Assembly: GCA_963740355.1 (NCBI GenBank)
Contig: CAVUDW010000003.1
Span: 2,016,001 to 2,080,000, forward strand
Direction of reading: 5' to 3'
DNA length: 64,000 nucleotides
Source of the DNA: an uncultured Gemmatimonadaceae bacterium
Lineage (GTDB): Bacteria > Gemmatimonadota > Gemmatimonadetes > Gemmatimonadales > Gemmatimonadaceae
Positions 60,573 to 64,000 of this stretch are shown here, one piece after another (within the stretch, counting starts at the first letter, position 1; every line of letters starts with the position of its first letter). Below the pieces are notes generated by a model that saw nothing but the letters and a program-made list of their open reading frames with translations, ran no database searches and was not told the DNA's origin. The position numbers and the translations under genes were made by a program.

Positions 60573-62051
60573 ATGTCGATTGCCATCACCCGTGACACAT
60601 TCACCGACGCCGACTACGCCCGCTTCGGTGATCGGCTCGCCACACAAGTGGCGCATCTCACGCGCATCTGCGACCAGCCAGGCTTCGGCGACGGGCCAGT
60701 CAGCATTGGCGCAGAGCTGGAGCTTCCGCTCGTCGGTGCCGACTGGCGGCCGAACCCGTGCAATCGCGCCATCCTGGCGGAGTTGAACGATCCGCGTGCC
60801 ACGGTCGAGATCGCGCAGTACAACCTCGAGTTGAACCTCACGCCGGTCGCGGCCGCTGGTCGGCCCTTCGCCGCGCTCGGCGAGGAGATCGCGGCCCTGC
60901 TCCGCACGCTGGGCCCGATCGCAGCTCGACACGGCGCGCGTGTCGTGCCGGTGGGCATCCTGCCCTCGGTGCTGCCGGAGAATGTGACGCACGCGGCCAT
61001 GACCGACCTGCCGCGATACCGGGCGCTCGAGCGCGCTGTCACGCGGCTCCGGTGCGGGCCTGCTCACATTCGCATTCAGGGCGACGAGCCGCTCTCGATC
61101 GAGGATGACGGCGTGATGATGGAAGGCGCCAACACCTCCTTGCAGGTGCACCTGCGGGTGCCAGCCAGCCAATTCGCGGATACCTACAACGCGGCACAGC
61201 TGGCGACGCTCGTGACTGTCGCCATCTCAGGCAATTCCCCGGTGTTCCTCGACCACCTGCTCTGGGATGAGACACGCATCGCCGTCTTCAAGCAGAGCGT
61301 CGACGCCCGCAACGCGGACGAGCTGACGTGGCACCGACCGGCGCGCGTCGCGTTCGGTCACGGCTGGGTGCGCAAGGGAGCGCCCGAACTCTTCGCGGAT
61401 GCCGTGCGACTGCACCAACCGCTTTTCCCGGTGTGTGACGAGGATCACGTCGATGATCCCGATGAGACGTCGCCACGCCTCGCGGAGCTTCGACTGCACC
61501 AAGGGACCGTGTGGCGCTGGAATCGAGCGATCTACGATCCCAGTGGCGGCACACACCTGCGCATCGAGTTTCGCGCCCTGCCGAGTGGTCCGACTATCCC
61601 CGACATGATGGCGAATGCGGCCTTCCTGCTCGGGCTCACCGTTGGTCTTCGCGACGACGTGGAGGCCTACATTCACGGCATACCCTTCACGCACGCGGAA
61701 ACGAGCTTCTATCGCGCAGCGCGAGATGGCATGAATGCGACACTGCTCTGGCCGGCGCTTCGCGGTGTGTCGCCGCAGGAGCGGTCAGTCTGCGAGCTCG
61801 CTGCATCACTGCTTCCGGTCGCCGAACGGGGCCTCGTCGCGCTGGGAGTCGATGCGTCGGAGCGCACGGCCTGCCTCGGTGTCATCGCCGATCGACTCAC
61901 GACCGCGCAAACCGGGGCGCGATGGCAACGCACCGCGTTGCAGCGCCTGCGCCGTTCCGCCTCGCGACGGGACGCGCTGTCACTGCTCGTCTCGGAATAC
62001 GCGTACCGCGCCGATACGCAGGCCGCCGTGCATACCTGGCCTGCCATCTGA
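60573..62051 (+). CDS. Glutamate--cysteine ligase family 2 (GCS2-like) carboxylate-amine ligase
   Basis: IGAELEL, YNLELN, TSLQVHL, GNSP, ETRI, HQGTVWRWNR, RIEFRALPSGPT. Confidence 0.85.
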   Translation: MSIAITRDTFTDADYARFGDRLATQVAHLTRICDQPGFGDGPVSIGAELELPLVGADWRPNPCNRAILAELNDPRATVEIAQYNLELNLTPVAAAGRPFAALGEEIAALLRTLGPIAARHGARVVPVGILPSVLPENVTHAAMTDLPRYRALERAVTRLRCGPAHIRIQGDEPLSIEDDGVMMEGANTSLQVHLRVPASQFADTYNAAQLATLVTVAISGNSPVFLDHLLWDETRIAVFKQSVDARNADELTWHRPARVAFGHGWVRKGAPELFADAVRLHQPLFPVCDEDHVDDPDETSPRLAELRLHQGTVWRWNRAIYDPSGGTHLRIEFRALPSGPTIPDMMANAAFLLGLTVGLRDDVEAYIHGIPFTHAETSFYRAARDGMNATLLWPALRGVSPQERSVCELAASLLPVAERGLVALGVDASERTACLGVIADRLTTAQTGARWQRTALQRLRRSASRRDALSLLVSEYAYRADTQAAVHTWPAI

Positions 62052-62117
62052 CCGCATGATCCGCGCGCCAGCCACGCGCGCACACGAACCGCTCCTTCGC
62101 CAACGGCGCGCTGGCAC

Positions 62118-63032
62118 TCAGCGCACCGACGCCATCGCTCCTCGCAACACGGCCGCACTCTTCTCCAGCGCATCACGCTCCTCGGGTGCCAGCGATGGTG
62201 GCACGACATCCACGGCCCCACCGGCATCGAGCACCGTCGGCAGCGAGAACGCCACGTCGGTATAGCCGAGTGCTCCCACCTGAACACGCGACACCGTTTC
62301 GACGCGCCGTTCGCCGCGCAGCAGGGTGCGCAGCAACGCAGCCGTCACCAGTCCGATCGCGTGATTCGTCGCCCCCTTTCGCTTCAGGATCTCGAAGCCG
62401 GCGCGTTTTACCGTCTCCGCAATCTGTGCCTCGCGCTCCGGCTTCCATCCCGGCCACTCCCGCAGCGGAATGCCGCCGACATGTGCTGACGACCAGAGCA
62501 CCACCTCCGAGTCGCCATGCTCTCCGATCACCTGCGCGTGTACGGACCGCGCATCGACATCGATCTCGGCACCGATCGTCTGTCGCAGCCGCGCCGTATC
62601 GAGCATCGTCCCGGTTCCGATCACCCGTTCCGGTGGCAGGCCCGAACTTTCGGCCACGACCTGCGTCAGGACGTCCACCGGATTGGTGACCACGATCACG
62701 ATGCCGCGATAGTCGCGCAGCGCCGCCCCGATGTCGCGCAGGATCGAGACATTGCCCTTCAACAGCTCCAAGCGAGAACCGGTCGGCATCGCACTGTGCC
62801 CGGCGGCGATCACCAGGGCATCGGTGTCGAGCAGCCCTTCGCGCGGCACGGCGCGGACAGTCGCCGAGGGATAGAACGGCGCACCGTGAGCCAGGTCCAT
62901 GGCCTCGCCCTCGGCCAGCTCCGCGCGTTGGTCGGACAACAGCAACTCGTTGGCAAATCCCGCCTGCAGCACCGAGATCGCAACGCTCGACCCGACCCAT
63001 CCCGTACCAAGAATTCCGACGGAGCTTGGCAT
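62118..63032 (-). CDS. ldh: L-lactate/malate dehydrogenase family protein
   Basis: GTGWVG, GEAMDL, VTNPVD, GTMLDTAR, GEHGDS, KGAT. Confidence 0.85.
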   Translation of the reverse strand: MPSSVGILGTGWVGSSVAISVLQAGFANELLLSDQRAELAEGEAMDLAHGAPFYPSATVRAVPREGLLDTDALVIAAGHSAMPTGSRLELLKGNVSILRDIGAALRDYRGIVIVVTNPVDVLTQVVAESSGLPPERVIGTGTMLDTARLRQTIGAEIDVDARSVHAQVIGEHGDSEVVLWSSAHVGGIPLREWPGWKPEREAQIAETVKRAGFEILKRKGATNHAIGLVTAALLRTLLRGERRVETVSRVQVGALGYTDVAFSLPTVLDAGGAVDVVPPSLAPEERDALEKSAAVLRGAMASVR

Positions 63033-63179
63033 GTCAGCGCCACGCCTGAACGCACACCGCTCGCACCGCCCACTGCGGCAGTCGCAACTCGTCGCGACCC
63101 ACAGCACGTGTCGCGTTCGTCATCACCTGTCTCGACATGCATTACACTCCGCTGTATCCGTCCACATGAGACTTCGCCG

Positions 63180-64000
63180 ATGATTCCGATGTTCGCTGTT
63201 CTCTTCGCCACCGCGATGCACCTCGCGCCGCCGACACCGTCACGCGCGCTGCTGGTGCTCGAGAAGGCGCAGAACACGCTCGTGATACTCGATCCGGTCA
63301 CGCTGACGATCGTGGCGCGCATTCCCGCCGGCAATGATCCGCACGAGGTCGCCGTGTCGAGTGACGGACGCGTCGCGTATGTCTCAAACTACCATGCAGC
63401 GAACGGCGAGGGTGGCTCACAGATCACCGTGATCGATCTCGTTGCACAAAAGCCACTCACACCAATCGATCTCGGTGGTTTGCGCGCACCACATGGCCTC
63501 GATTTCGCGGCCGGCAAGCTCTGGTTCAGCGTGGAGGATTCGAAGGCCGTTGGTCGGTACGATCCCGTCGCGCGTCGCGTCGATTGGGTCACCGGCACGG
63601 GGCAGGAGCGCACGCACATGGTCGTCGTGTCCCGCGACGGGAAGCGTGTCTTCAGCACCAACGTCAATTCACCGAGCGTCAGCATCATCGAGCCGCCACT
63701 CGCTCGTCCCACCGGCGTGCGTCCGCCACCAGGCGGCGTTGGTGCGCGCCCGCCGGCGCCGGCTGGTCCGCCATCGGCTGGTCTACCGCCGGCAGGTCCA
63801 CCCGCCGGTGGTAATCGCCCGACAGCGGAATGGCAGCTGACGAACATCGCGGTGGGTCGCGGCGCCGAAGGGTTGGACCTCACCCCGGATGGTCGCGAGC
63901 TGTGGGTTGCGAACGCGCAGGATCACACGATCTCCGTGATCGACGTCGCCACCAAGGCGGTCGTCGCCACGCTGGCATCCACCACATCAGCCAACCGGCT
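63180..64000 (+). CDS. YVTN/YncE-type beta-propeller exported protein (partial, runs off window; absent from ORF track)
   Basis: MIPMFAVL... open to window end; PHEVAVSSDGRVAYVSN, PHGL, THMVVVSRDG, AEGLDLTPDGRELWVAN repeats; Pro/Gly-rich insert. Confidence 0.85.
   Translation, partial: MIPMFAVLFATAMHLAPPTPSRALLVLEKAQNTLVILDPVTLTIVARIPAGNDPHEVAVSSDGRVAYVSNYHAANGEGGSQITVIDLVAQKPLTPIDLGGLRAPHGLDFAAGKLWFSVEDSKAVGRYDPVARRVDWVTGTGQERTHMVVVSRDGKRVFSTNVNSPSVSIIEPPLARPTGVRPPPGGVGARPPAPAGPPSAGLPPAGPPAGGNRPTAEWQLTNIAVGRGAEGLDLTPDGRELWVANAQDHTISVIDVATKAVVATLASTTSANR

Noticed and set aside
63700..63825. Pro/Gly-rich low-complexity stretch
   Set aside because: In-frame flexible insert within the beta-propeller gene, not a separate element
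1..64000. tRNA, rRNA, integrase or transposase genes
   Set aside because: None recognised by eye; short RNAs could be missed without covariance-model searches

Overview
High-GC chromosomal segment, most likely from a Gemmatimonadota bacterium (inference from gene style: membrane Ser/Thr kinases, DUF5916, CocE, PafA, many exported hydrolases). No rRNA, tRNA, CRISPR array or transposase was recognised. About 45 CDSs are supported. All family assignments are by motif recognition, not database search. The standout locus is a co-oriented five-gene cluster at 31.9-43.6 kb: caspase-nSTAND NTPase-TM-WD40, a membrane Ser/Thr kinase-TPR, a 109-aa protein made of seven 13-aa repeats (KGREGDIVAPVSG), and two translationally coupled metacaspase-like proteases. 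I hypothesise a metacaspase-processed multi-copy peptide signalling or immunity system. Also notable: a four-gene transglutaminase/DUF2126, ATP-grasp, alpha-E operon whose last gene is a Cys1-less class II GATase-transglutaminase fusion; a CxxC/RGPP/RAPP leader ORF ahead of a CzcCBA-type pump; an atypical P-II protein in a nitrogen/gamma-glutamyl neighbourhood; and four clusters of palindromic REP-like intergenic repeats.
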